Assembly: GCA_964187785.1 (NCBI GenBank) | Contig: OZ076409.1 | Coordinates: 61,692,001 to 61,756,000, forward strand | From: Amphiscolops sp. MND2022 | Taxonomy: Eukaryota | Length of the DNA stretch: 64,000 nt | Direction: 5' to 3' | The notes under the pieces: model-generated | Database searches by the model: none | The model's input: only the letters and a program-made list of their open reading frames with translations | Told to the model about the DNA's origin: nothing | Made by a program: the position numbers and the translations under genes | Shown here: in pieces, positions 14,253 to 26,800 of the stretch | How positions within the stretch are numbered: the first letter of the stretch is position 1 | Layout of the letters: each line of letters opens with the position of its first letter

Positions 14253-15219
14253 CACGGCGTTCGACATCTTGAATATTTTGCCAAGATCTTGCCAAGATCT
14301 TGTCTAGATCTTGCAAGTTCTGGGAAAATTTTCGAAGAAATCCAAGATCTTGTAAAGATATCCGAGATGAAATCCAAGATCTTGTAAAGATATCCGAGAT
14401 GAAATCCAAGATCTTGTCAAGATATCCAATATGAAGTCCAAGATTTTACCAAGAAATCCAATATAGATTCCAAGAATTGGAAAGCATCTTTGCTCATTTT
14501 ACGTCCTAATGGATAGAATATGTGCAGAGCGACTAATGAGTCGTTTCCACTATGCTCACACCTAACAACCATCTCACTAAGTTCATCTGAAATCTGATTG
14601 GAGGACGAAATAAGCAGTTACACGAACGGATACCGGCGCTACTGCTTCCAGAAACTGAACAATGTCCTTATTCTGAGATGGAGGCTCTGCTTATGTGGAT
14701 TTTTATAAAACACGTGACAAGACTCACGACGAGAACGTGGCCTCCATCGAGTCCCAAAAAGATCAGATCAGCAAGTCAAAACCAAGCAAAACATACGGAA
14801 CAGAAGTGTGCCGTCTCGGAATTTTTCGAAAAAACAATACTTGTATCCAGAAAAACAGACACCTAAATCTGACACTACACCAAATGACGGTTTAGGAAAT
14901 TGAACAAGAAAACGTCAATAAACTTTTTGTCGAACATGTAGTTTTTCTGCAAGCAACGCTTCCAGAAACTGAACAATGTCCTTGTTCTGAGGTCGAGGCA
15001 GATTCGAAGTTATTCAAGATATCAAGACGAAATCCAAGATCTTGCCAAGATATTCAAGATGTCAAGACAAAATCCAAGATCTTGCCAAGATATTCAAGAT
15101 CCAAGATCTTACCAAAATATTCAAGATGTTAAGATAAAACCTAAGATCTTTCCAAGATATTCAAGAATTCAAGATTTTCCTAAGATCTTGGCAAGATATT
15201 CAAGATGTCGAACGCTGGG
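14253..15219. mobile_element. MITE/foldback element with CAAGAT-repeat arms
   Basis: TIRs (C)GTTCGACATCTTGAATAT.TTGCCAAGATCTT at both ends with TA flanks; arms built of CAAGAT(CTT) repeats. Confidence 0.8.
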
Positions 15220-15233
15220 TACAAGCAACTACC

Positions 15234-15496
15234 GAAGAGTTCGGATTATCGAATATCGGCTAATACGATATTTCGGGTAAACGAATAAACTTTTCAATCC
15301 TGGCAGTAAAGAATATACTAGCATAATAGCAGTAATACTATTACCATCAAGTTCGGCTGATCGAATACTGGCGTCACCAGCAAAAAATTTCGATTGAACG
15401 AAACCATGCTAGTATATTCTTTACTGCCAGGATTGAAAAGTTTATTCGTTTACCCGAAATATCGTATTAGCCGATATTCGATAATCCGAACTCTTC
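15234..15496. repeat. 91-bp inverted repeat with 81-nt spacer (palindromic MITE)
   Basis: 15234-15324 is the reverse complement of 15406-15496. Confidence 0.9.
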
Positions 15497-16211
15497 TAGT
15501 AGGCAATGAGCATACTTGGTACAATGTGTGTACTTTAAACGATGTGTGCTCAGACATGGCAGTATAAATACGTTTAATTTCGTGAATTTCTTTCAATCAC
15601 ATTGCCGTGAAAGACTGTGAAATAGATTGATTTTAACAAATCCTTGAAATTAACCTTGTTTGAAATGAATATATTAAGTTTCTTTGTCGGTTACATGTAA
15701 TAGAGACAATTTTAACGCTGTTTCAATTAATGTTTTGGAATTTGTCTGCCCATGTCGTCTTGTCCGGTAGAACGTAAGTTCTTGTACTTCAGATAATTTC
15801 GACAGAAGATATTCAAGGACTTGATGTGAAAAACTTTGAAAACTATATCAAATCTTCTTGTCAATTCATCCGACTTCATTTGAAATATCGAAGCAAATGT
15901 CGTGTCTTTTTTTAGTGTTATTTGGTAAAGAATCGCGAAATCACCGTAATTTTTGCTATAGCAGCGTGACATTTCAAAAGCGAATTTTTAGATGTTTTTA
16001 CGTCAATCACAGTCTTTCCTGTGTGGGCCTCACAATGGCGCTGTTATCAGCTGAAGAACCATGTAGCTTCGTTTACATGTAGTGTTAGTGTCAATAGCAG
16101 TCAGTAACTTGGCATTCTACTTCTTTTACAAGGTTGCTGTTAGTTATTCCCTATTGTGAGGCAGGTTTTAACCAAAGACTAGCTTCTTCAAGTGTCTAGA
16201 TTTTGAAGTCA

Positions 16212-17596
16212 GATCTTATGAACGACATGTTCTTGATGAAGTGCGAATTAGGCGACATATATAATCAGGGGTGTTGAGACCACAAAAATTGAGCGTGAAA
16301 ACGTTACACCCGAACTTTGAAAACGATATATCCGAACATGCGTAACATGCGAACTTCGGAACGTTATATCCGAACTTCGCATAAAAAGGTTTGAGCAAAT
16401 TAACAAAAAATGTGGACCATTCAGAGTGAACTGAAAAAAATATCCACTGTAACGGTCTGGATTTTTTCTTTAAGGGAAAAGGCGCCGACCAAAAATAGAT
16501 TTAAAAAATTCTGAAATTCGAAAGAGCAGTAAATAATCTCAAAGTAATTTCATCAGCCAAGCAACGTTTTGTAGAAGCTTTTCAGAAACATTTCGGAAAT
16601 TTCGGAGAAACAAATTTGCGAAATGTTCATCACCACAAAAATGCAGAAACGTGCAACACTGTTGTCAGACAAAGAAGAAGGAAAACATTTGTGTCGGCAC
16701 GAAAATAACAAAAGCAACACTGAAATTTCCAAAAAAAACATCGGACGCGGTTACAAATGTGTAACAAAAATTTTGGAAGGCGATAGACCGTATAGGCATG
16801 GTGCGGTGCCAAAACAGAAGCTCAATGAAAGAACTAAAAGACAAAGTGTTAGAAACCTGTCAGAAAGATCTTAAAATTTTCCTCTTAGCATCAAACTCTA
16901 ATGGCCCGAACAGACACTGGAAGACATAACATTGAACAGAATCAACATAAACAACAACATCTCCACCGAAGAGAAACGATTTCTTCTCGATCAGTCTCAT
17001 GGCATGTGGTATTAAAGGAGTGCGTGTAGTAAAGATCAAAGATGTTCCAAAAAAGTGTTTCCGAAAGGTGTTATGATCTGGGTTGGTATCGGAGTGAATA
17101 GAACAACTAGACTGCACTTCTGCAATCAAAGTATGGACTCAGAAAACAATATAAGTGTTTTCATAAATCACTAGATGCCCTTTCGGGAGCCAGGCTACAT
17201 TATGATGCAGGATAACGCGACGCCGCATAAATACCAATCTACGATCAATTTTCTGAACGCTCGAGGGATTGAAAGATTAGATTGGTTCACCCGACTGCAA
17301 TCTCATTGAGAACCTGTGAGGAATATTGGTTCGACATATATACTCCAACGGTAGAAAGTACCAAAACCTTGAGCATATTGAAACGGCTTTACGAAAATGC
17401 CTGGGACAATTTGGATAGTGACATGATGATTCGAAATCTTCCAAGTTCTTTTCCAAAGAGGCTATTCGATGTTGTTGTTGCGGAAGGGGAGCAACTAAAC
17501 ACTATTGAGTGAGTTCTTTATATCCTTTTGTTTTTTTAAAAAAGATTTTTTTCTAATTTTGTTCAGCTTTTCACATGATTTGGTCGTTCATAAGAT
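16212..17596 (+). mobile_element. Tc1/Tc3-like DNA transposon with pseudogenised DDE transposase (about 16740-17510)
   Basis: Motifs MMQDNATPHK (about 17202) and SPDCNLIENL*G (about 17290); inverted ends ATCTTATGAACGAC / GTCGTTCATAAGAT; frameshifts present. Confidence 0.82.
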
Positions 17597-18758
17597 ACTT
17601 GAAGTCATCAGTAGCTCAATGACTGTTTAGGAAAATTAGTTTGCTTGAAATCTACGTAAAATTCAAGAAGTCTGTTTCACTGGTTCTCAGAGCTTCTATG
17701 ATGGACAATGTTTCTCAGACTTTTGTTTGAATTTAACAGTTTATTTATTGTAGTTTCAATAGAATTTAGTTCTGCTCGATGATAAATTTCAGCCTGATTT
17801 TTTAAATCATTCAAAATATTAGGTTTATGACGAACAAACTGGAAATGAAGTTCATCTCCCGAACTCCGCTTTGTGAACGCTGAAAGAAAAATGTGCATCT
17901 AAAGTAGCCTGCGTTTAGATATTTTCTAGCATGCCTTGGTACTATATTTACATCCAATTGGTGAAGCAACAGTCGACTCGAAACAGTGTGGCTTCCCATA
18001 AGGTCCAACTGCTCACCGTTTCTTCTTTGTTGTTCCGCGTCCTTCACATTTTTCAAAACCACATCTCTAGTTTCTCAACGGTCATAATTGGGTCTTTTCT
18101 GCCAAAGGATCACTAGGGCAGTACTTTACTCAAGAACTGTATTAATGGCTTTGTTCTCGTCAATTTTGATCTACTATTATGCACTGCTTCGAAAGTGAAC
18201 CTACACTGCTAAAACAGCGATTTGGCAAACGAAAATTTTCAAAGCGCAAAACCTTTTAATAAACATTTTCATACATTTAAGTATTCATTTTACAAGTACT
18301 CATTTTGTGATCAGCAATACAAAAGTAATTCCTATTTTGAAATGGTATCAAAATTTAAAAAAATATATCACATTGTATTTCGAGGAATTTTGGAAATTGT
18401 TGAACTTTATTAAGCAATATCTGAGAAACTACTGTTCAGAAAAACCTCCTCTGATCATTTTTGTAGCCGTGACTCCGTTATTTACCTTTCACATTTAACA
18501 ATCATTCTGAAAGTTTTCCTGAAAAATGAACAGCCAAAAACACTTGTAATTTCACCGAAACTATTTCTACGTAGTTAAAATTGACGATTTCGCAGTAATC
18601 AATTTGCGGTGTAAATTCTAAAGGATGGCCTTTTCAGAAAGTGTGAAATTCAAAAGTTAGAAGCCTGAATCAAATGTCAAAAGTTTGTCTCTTCAATAAC
18701 AACACTTCAAACACTTCGATAACAACGGTACTTTTTGTAGTTTTTGTGAGTTCAAAAC

Positions 18759-21700
18759 AAACCAGAGCCGCATATGCGGTAAAGGAGTCGGCTTAAGTCT
18801 TTTTCCTACTGACTCGCTTCCGTTCGAATCGTATGAACAGTTTGTGAGAAAATCGAAAAAATCGAAAAATGACTGTTTTTTTGGCCATTTTTGGGCTAAA
18901 TTTGGCAATGTTTCTCACAACCCAGCCATACGAATTTAATGAAAATGCACATAAAGGACCATAATATGGTGCAGAATGACTGTAGAAAATTTCGTTCGAA
19001 TCGTATGGACAGTTTTTGAGAAAATCGAAAAAAAGTCGAAAAAAGGCTGTTTTTCGGCCATTTTCGGGCTAATTTTGGCCATGTTTCTCACAACCCAGCT
19101 ATACGAATTTAATGAAATTGCACATAAAGGACCATATTATGGTGTAGAATAACTGTAGAAAATTTCGCTCGAATCGTATGGACAGTTTTTGAGAAAATCG
19201 AAAAAAGTCGAAAAATGGCTGTTTTTTGGCCATCTTTGGGCTAATTTTGGCTGTTTCTCACATCCCAGCCATACGATTTTGATGCCATTGCACATATAGG
19301 ACTCTAATATGGTGTAGAATAACTGTAAAAAATTTCGTTCAAATCGTATGGACAGTTTTTGAGAAAATCGAAAAAAGTCCAAAAATGGCTGTTTTTTGGC
19401 CATTTTCGGGCTAATTTTGGCTATGTTTCTCACATCCCAGCAATACGATTTTGATGCCATTGCACATATAGGACTCTAATATGGTGTAGAACAACTGTAA
19501 AAATTTTTCGTTCGAATCGTATGGACAGTTTTTGAGAAAATCGAAAAAAGTCGAAAAATGGCTGTTTTTTTGGCCATTTTTGGGCTAATTTTGGCTATGT
19601 TTCTCACATCCCAGCCATACGATTTTGATGCCATTGCACATATAGGACTCTAATATGGTGTAGAATAACTGTGGAAAATTTCGTTTGAATCGTATAGCCA
19701 GTTTTTGAGAAATTCGAAAAAAGTACAAAAAAGGCTTTTTTTGGCAATTTTCGGGCTAATTTTGGCTATGTTTCTCACATCCCAGCCACACGATTCTGAT
19801 GCCATTGCACATACAGGACTTTAATATGGTGTAGAATAACTGTGGAAAATTTCGTTCGAATCGTATGGACAGGTTTTGAGAAAAGCAAAAAAAGTCGAAA
19901 AATGGTTGTTTTTTGGCCATTTTTGGGATAACTTTGGCTGTTTCCCACATCCCAGCCATACGATTTTGATGCCATTGCACATATAGGACTCTAATATGGT
20001 GTAGAATAACTGTAGAAAATTTCGTTCGAATCGTATGGTCAGTTTTTGATAAAATCGAAAAAAAGTCGAAAAATGGCTGTTTTTTGGCCATATTCGGGCT
20101 ATTTTTGGCTATGTTTCTCACATCCCAGCAATACGTTTTGATGCCATTGCACATATAGGACTCTAATGAGGTGTAGAATAACTGTAGAAAATTTCGTTCG
20201 AATCGTATGGCCAGTTTTTGAGAAAATTGAAAAAAGTCGAAAAATGACTGTTTTTTGGACATTTTTGGGATAGTTTTGGCTGTTTCTCACATCCCAGCCA
20301 TACGATTTTGATGCCATTGCACATATAGGACTCTAATATGGTGTAGAATAACTGTAGAAAATTTCGTTCGAATCGTATGGACAGGTTTGAGATAAGCGAA
20401 AAAAGTCGAAAAATGGTTGTTTCTTTGGCCATTTTTGGGATAATTTTGGCTGTTTCCCACATCCCAGCCATACGATTTTGATGCCATTGCACATATAGGA
20501 CTCTAATATGGTGTAGAATAACTGTAGAAAATTTCGTTTGAATCGTATGGACAGTTTTTGAGAAAACCGAAAAAAGTTGAAAAATGGCTGTTTTTTGGCA
20601 ATTTTTTGGGTTATTTTTGGCTATGTTTCTCACATCCCAGCCATACAATTTTCATGCCATTGCAAATATAGGACTCTAATATGGTGTAGAAAAACTGTAG
20701 AAAATTTCGTTCGAAACGTATGGACAGTTTTTGAGAAAAGCGAAAAAAGTCGAAAAATGGCTGTTTTTTGGCCATTTTTGGGCTAATTTTGGCTGTTTCT
20801 CACATCCCAGCCATACGATTTTGATGCCAATGCACATATAGGACTCTTATATGGTGTAGAATAACTGTAGAAAGTTTCGTTCGAATCATATGGACAGTTT
20901 TTGGGAAAACCGAAAAAAGTCGAAAAATGGCTGTTTTTTGGCAATTTTTTGGGCTAATTTTGGCTATGTTTCTCACATCCCAGCCATACATTTTTGATGC
21001 CATTGCACATATAGGACTCTAATATGGTGTAGAATAACTGTAGAAAATTTTGTTCGAATCGTACGAACAGTTTTTGAGAAAAGCGAAAAAAGTCGAAAAA
21101 TGGCTGTTTTTTGGGCATTTTTGGGCTAATTTTGGCCGTTTCTCACATCCCAGCCATACGATTTTGATGCCATTGCACATATAGGACTCTAATATGGTGT
21201 AGAATAACTGTAGAAAATTTCGTTCGAATCGTATGGACAGTTTTTGAGAAAATCGAAAAAAAGTCGAAAAATGGCTTTTTTTTGGCCATTTTCGGGCTAA
21301 TTTTGGCTATGTTTCTCACATCCCAGCCATACAATTTCGATGCCATTGCACATATAGGACTCTAATATGATGTAGAATAACTGTAGAAACTTTCGTTCGA
21401 ATCGTATAGACAGTTTTTGAGAAAACCAAAAAAAGTCGAAAATTGGCTAATTTTTGGCAATTTTTTGGGCTAATTTTGGCTATGTTTCTCACATCCCAGC
21501 CACACAATTTTGAAACCATTGCACATATAGGACTCTAATATGGTGTAGAATAACTGTAGAAAATTTCGCGCGAATAGTATGGACAGTTTTTGAGAAAATT
21601 GAAAAAAGTCGAAAAATTGCTGTTTTTTGGCCATTTTTGGGCTAATTTTGGCTATGTTTCTCACATCCCAGCCATACGATTTTGATGCCATTGCACATAT

Positions 21701-22551
21701 AGGATTCTAATATGGTGTAGAATAACTGTAGAAAATTTCGTTCGAATCGTATGGACAGTTTTTGCGAAAATTGGAAAAAAGTCGAAAAATGGCTGTTTTT
21801 TGGCAATTTTTTGGGCTAGTTTTGGCTATGTTTCTCACATCCCAGGCATACAATTTTGATGCCATTGCACATATAGGACTCTAATATGGTGTAGAATAAC
21901 TGTAGAAAATTTCGCTCGAATAGTATGGACAGTTTTTGAGAAAATTGAAAAAAGTCGAAAAATTGCTGTTTTTTGGCCATTTTTGGGCTAATTTTGGCTA
22001 TGTTTCTCACATCCCAGCCATACGATTTTGATGCCATTGCACATATAGGATTCTAATATGGTGTAGAATAACTGTAGAAAATTTCGTTCGAATCGTATGG
22101 ACAGTTTTTGCGAAAATTGGAAAAAAGTCGAAAAATGGCTGTTTTTTGGCAATTTTTTGGGCTAATTTTGGCTATGTTTCTCACATCCCAGCCACACAAT
22201 TTTGAAACCATTGCACATATAGGACTCTAATATGGTGTAGAATAACTGTAGAAAATTTCGCTCGAATAGTATGGACAGTTTTTGAGAAAATTGAAAAAAG
22301 TCGAAAAATTGCTGTTTTTTGGCCATTTTTGGGCTAATTTTGGCTATGTTTCTCACATCCCAGCCATACGATTTTGATGCCATTGCACATAAAGGACTCT
22401 AATATGGTGTAGAATAACTGTGGAAAATTTCGTGAAAATCGTATGGACAGTTTTTGAGAAATTTGAAATTTTCATGAAAAGGTCGGGAGAAAAAAAAACA
22501 AAAAAACCACGATTGCATAAGTAGTCGAAAATTTTTTCCGACCCCCAAAAA
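18759..22551 (-). repeat. ~173-bp satellite array (about 21 copies) enclosed by HINE-like termini
   Basis: Unit contains CACATCCCAGCCATACGATTTTGATGCCATTGCACATATAGG; 346-bp dimer period in the right part; hairpin CCGCATATGCGG at the left end. Confidence 0.92.
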
Positions 22552-23679
22552 CTATCCATGTAATTCTGGTTGAAATTTGAAGTTTCGCTCCTGTGACATT
22601 TTGCAGCTATTGATTACGTACAATTTTATTGCAATTTGAAATCAAATTTCTTCATCTTTTTGGTATCCAAGTGTTATTATTTCACAAATTTTCTGTGACA
22701 TCATACGAGTATCTGAAAGTTTAATTAGGTACTTTGTTTTTGTGACAAAAGCATTAGATGTCCACTCAATCAGATAAGACAGTGAGTGAAGAAACTTACA
22801 AAACTTAACGTCAGCATTCAAACATTGATTGTCATCATTGTTAACCAGTTGTCTTTTTTGACGCAAAAGAGCCACTTGAATGACTCTTGGACAACATTCT
22901 CAAATTTACATATTCAATTATGAAATGGGTTTTCAAGGTCGCCTTGGTTAATCATGTGATATACCATTGCATCGCACGTAAAAGTCGAACACTATTATTT
23001 GCTCATAAATGCTTACATGGTTTCAAATGAGGTATGGTTTTCAGGGTCTGTTAATAATCCCAGAATCACAAGACTTTTTAAGATTAACTTGGACACCTTC
23101 AGAGTTAATTTTGTAACCCTGAAGTAAATCTAAATTGTACTTGATCAAAAAAATTTGGCAAAAAAGATATCTTGACAACAGACATAAAATAAACTGGTGG
23201 AACGAACAACTGATCTATCATCATTCCGGATAACATCCTCTGCAAGTGTATTACATAATATAATATAATCCATTTCAATATAACGGTCTTGAATTACACA
23301 AATCACTCTGGAAGCTGCTGTTCAAAATTACCCAGGGGAAGAAAAGGCAGACTTGGATTGAACTAAGTTATAATAATTCAAAACCTTCGATACGGGCACA
23401 ACGAATCGTCTGATCACAAGACCTAGGAGAGAAAAAGTAGATCCAAGTTTCTGGATCCATCAGCAGATTGCATTAAATAAAAAGGAGAATCAGATAAACA
23501 AGCAACACATACAAACATTTGGAATTTTGGAGTTTTTCAACTAATAAGTTGTATTGGTATCATTTTATCGTTATAGTGGAGTGAAGTTCAGTTTTCCAAC
23601 ATCTTGTTTCGGCAAACACTTCAAAACAAAATTGAATTCTGGTCAGGAGCGAACACTCTACCCTCGGCGCGTGAATTAT

Positions 23680-23813
23680 TCAATTCTTGACCTCAGATTC
23701 GGAAGGTTTCACGTCTTGAGGTGGGCATTCCAAGTCGGATAATTTCGTGTTGATAGTTTTCACTGTATCTTCAAGAGTGGTAGCATTGTCCTTCAGGAGT
23801 TTCTTCAGGCTCT
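23680..23813 (-). CDS. CCAR1: CCAR1 terminal exon 22
   Basis: tttcAG acceptor, phase 1; encodes SLKKLLKDNATTLEDTVKTINTKL...EVKN then TGA. Confidence 0.82.
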
Positions 23814-26800
23814 CTGAAATAAGGTAGAAGTTACAAGCATGAGGAACCTTTGAACAAACCTTTATGAAAAACGTATGCTTATGATCGCAAAACCAATTAA
23901 TCGTGAGAGCGATAGGAATTCCATCTAGTTCGCAACTTTGACAATCGAAAATGGCGTAATTTGAAATTCTTAAGTCATTCAAAAACGCTTTAATCACACC
24001 GGATTCGAAATACCATCAGTGACGACAAGCATCGAAATGAAGGATTTTAAAAAAGGGTAACAATCTTTCGATTCATTTAAAGAAGCTCTCGGAGGTGAAC
24101 CTCTGTGGTTTAGTTCAGCACCAGTTAGTAATGTTCTAAATGACCTTCACAAATGGGTTGTTGATGAATTTTGATTCCTTATTTCGATTTCCTAATATTA
24201 AAATGAAAATCAGGATTGCGGGAATTTTTCTCTGAGTATTGCAGATGCAATAATAGAAAATACCTTAATTCTATGCAATAGTTTAACCCTAAATGACCTG
24301 GGTGTTTTTGTAAATTTTCGAAAAATTGGATTGAAAAATTTCAATCATTGATATCTCCAAAACTAGGAATAAAAGAGAAATGAACGTTCGAAAGGTTTGG
24401 CACTGGGCTTTCATTTTGGTTGAAAGAACCGCTGTCACAGCGCCGCATTCTCCAAAATTCTAGTTTGTAGTAACAGCAACATATTAGATTTTGTTACACA
24501 AGGACTTGTTGTGGAAGGTTATGGGGTTACTTTTTAATGGATCATGAACTTTTGAGAAAACGATTTCGCCAAAAACGGAGTTTTGGAAAAGTATAACAAA
24601 CTTTTTGCAAGAAAAACCCATTTTTCGCAATGTTGGAGACAAATTCACTTTTTATAATGCTTGCGCCGTTCAAAAATCAAACAACAAATTGTTGAGAAAA
24701 ACTGCTCGAGAATATGGGCCACTGGCAAAACGAATCAGAAGTTGAAAAAAGTTGACTGCTTCAAAGTACGGCTGGGCTATTCAAAATTAAACGATTCTCT
24801 AGAAAATCCTTGTGAAAAAATTCAAGTGCACAACACACTGATAACGCCATAGTTGCTTGTAATAATGTATTGTGAAAAAGTAACAAGCCGGGACCGGCCC
24901 AAGTCGGCGCCATATCCAAGGCTCAAAAATAGCAAAAAGACTTCCAAGTGTCAAGTATTCTCTTTTACAGTACTCGAAAATCGAAAATTCTTCAAAAAAA
25001 TTTTTTTCGAAAAAATTACATACTCAAAAAAATTGACCGAGTGGCGCGCCGGGGCCCGCTAGCGCGAGCCCCTGGCGCGCTTAAGTCTCACAATGCCGAA
25101 AAACTGAAAGGGGGACCCTTCGAGGTTTTTCATCCATTTTGTCGCAAAACATGAAAAAATTGAAGAAATTTTTTTTCATTTTCGGGAAAAAATCTCACAA
25201 TGCCGAAAAAAACTGAAAGGGGGGACCCTTTGGGATTTTCCAACATCCATTCTGTCGCAAAACATCAAAAAAAAGCAGGGGGGACCCTTTGGGGAAAAAA
25301 ATTCCGAAAAAATTTCTCGCAGTGCCGAAAAAAATTGAAAGGGGGGACTCTTTGGTCTCGCCCGGTATGGTATGTTACGCGGAAAAACAGGTAAAACCAT
25401 TTTGGTCCAGTTCGTTAGGCCAAATGGTGCAATTTGACACCATATTTTGTAGAACTTTCAAGAACTATTTTGGTCAGTTCGTGTGGATAGAAAAAAAATT
25501 ACTATAATAGTCGCGTTTCACTTCATGAAGCGCCGACTAAAAAGGGGTCAAATGTTGCTTTTCTAAATAAAAACCAGGAGGGAACTTTTCGAACAAGACG
25601 CCCGCTAACAATCAGGGTACTTTCAGCCCTGAACAATTTACCAACATACATTCAAAAATAAATCAAGACTTTGGTTAGTTAGTAATAGACAACGCGACCG
25701 AGAGATTGATTTTCCGCTATTGAATATATGAAATATGGGCGGAAAATAATGAGAACAAAAGAACATATTCACCCTGTGTTCTGGTAAGTTGGGCGTTTGC
25801 GCTGACACTTTGTGCCAACGAGTACTTGGTATCTGTCAATTTCTTGCTCAGTGTAGCACTCTCCAAAGCTTCAGCGTCAAACTTGGATTTGAGCACACCT
25901 GAAACCATCACAAAACACTTCCAATTAGATAATTGGGTAATGGGTTTTTAGAGCCATTACCGACCGAATTCAGAATGAGGCGCCAGCCTAGCGCAAAATA
26001 TGCCAAAACGGCATTTTTTTAATGCCGTACGCCAGTATCAAAATTCGTACGCCAGTATCAAAATTCAGTCTGATTTTTATCACAAATTAATTGAACATTA
26101 ACCGTTGTCCTTTTCCAAATCGGTGACTCGGGATTTGAAGACATTGTTGTCTGTTTGCAGCTGCTCGCTCTGTTGGATGAGATTGCTGATATTGATCGTG
26201 GCTCCCTTGTACTGCACAAAGTCACCCCCCGCCGCTGAGGAAGAACAACTAGCAGCACTCACACCACTCGGCGAGTCTGCCCCGAAATGCTTCACGTTGC
26301 CTGGAAAACACCAAAATATGTCAGCCAAAAACGATCGCATCAAGATGGACACATTTTTCTTTCATCTACCTTACCGCCTTCGTACGCCTGGGTACGAAGT
26401 ATCAAAGTACGAAAGGAATACTTCAGAAAAAAAGCTAATTCTCGAAGTCTTTCAATGCAAAATCTAAAACCAACAGGCCTCTATGATCCTATTAAATGAG
26501 ACCAATACAAATTCTTGTTCACTTACCCATAGGAACATCAGTGTAATATTTGTACGGGGCGTCCACTCCCTCTTCGACTGTCTCGTCTGTCATTTCCTGG
26601 TAGTTGACCAGATCTAGTTTGGACACCTTGCCCACCAAATACTTCACCTGTTGCCAAAAATGCAAATAATTGACAAAATGATACTGTCGGGTCGCGATTT
26701 GGAAGAATAGGTTTGACTTTTTAAAACTCTGAACCTTTGTTTAGAATATAAAACGGATAACAATTTTAAAAACTAAGTTAAATGCGGTTTTCTCCACCTG

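Noticed and set aside
17677..18062. Gag-like ORF fragments
   Set aside because: Two frameshifted pieces with no diagnostic motif I can name confidently.
18820..22465. CRISPR-like array or repeated ORFs (MASKSYGWDV...)
   Set aside because: Whole ~173-bp units repeat with no unique spacers and no cas genes; the context is eukaryotic.
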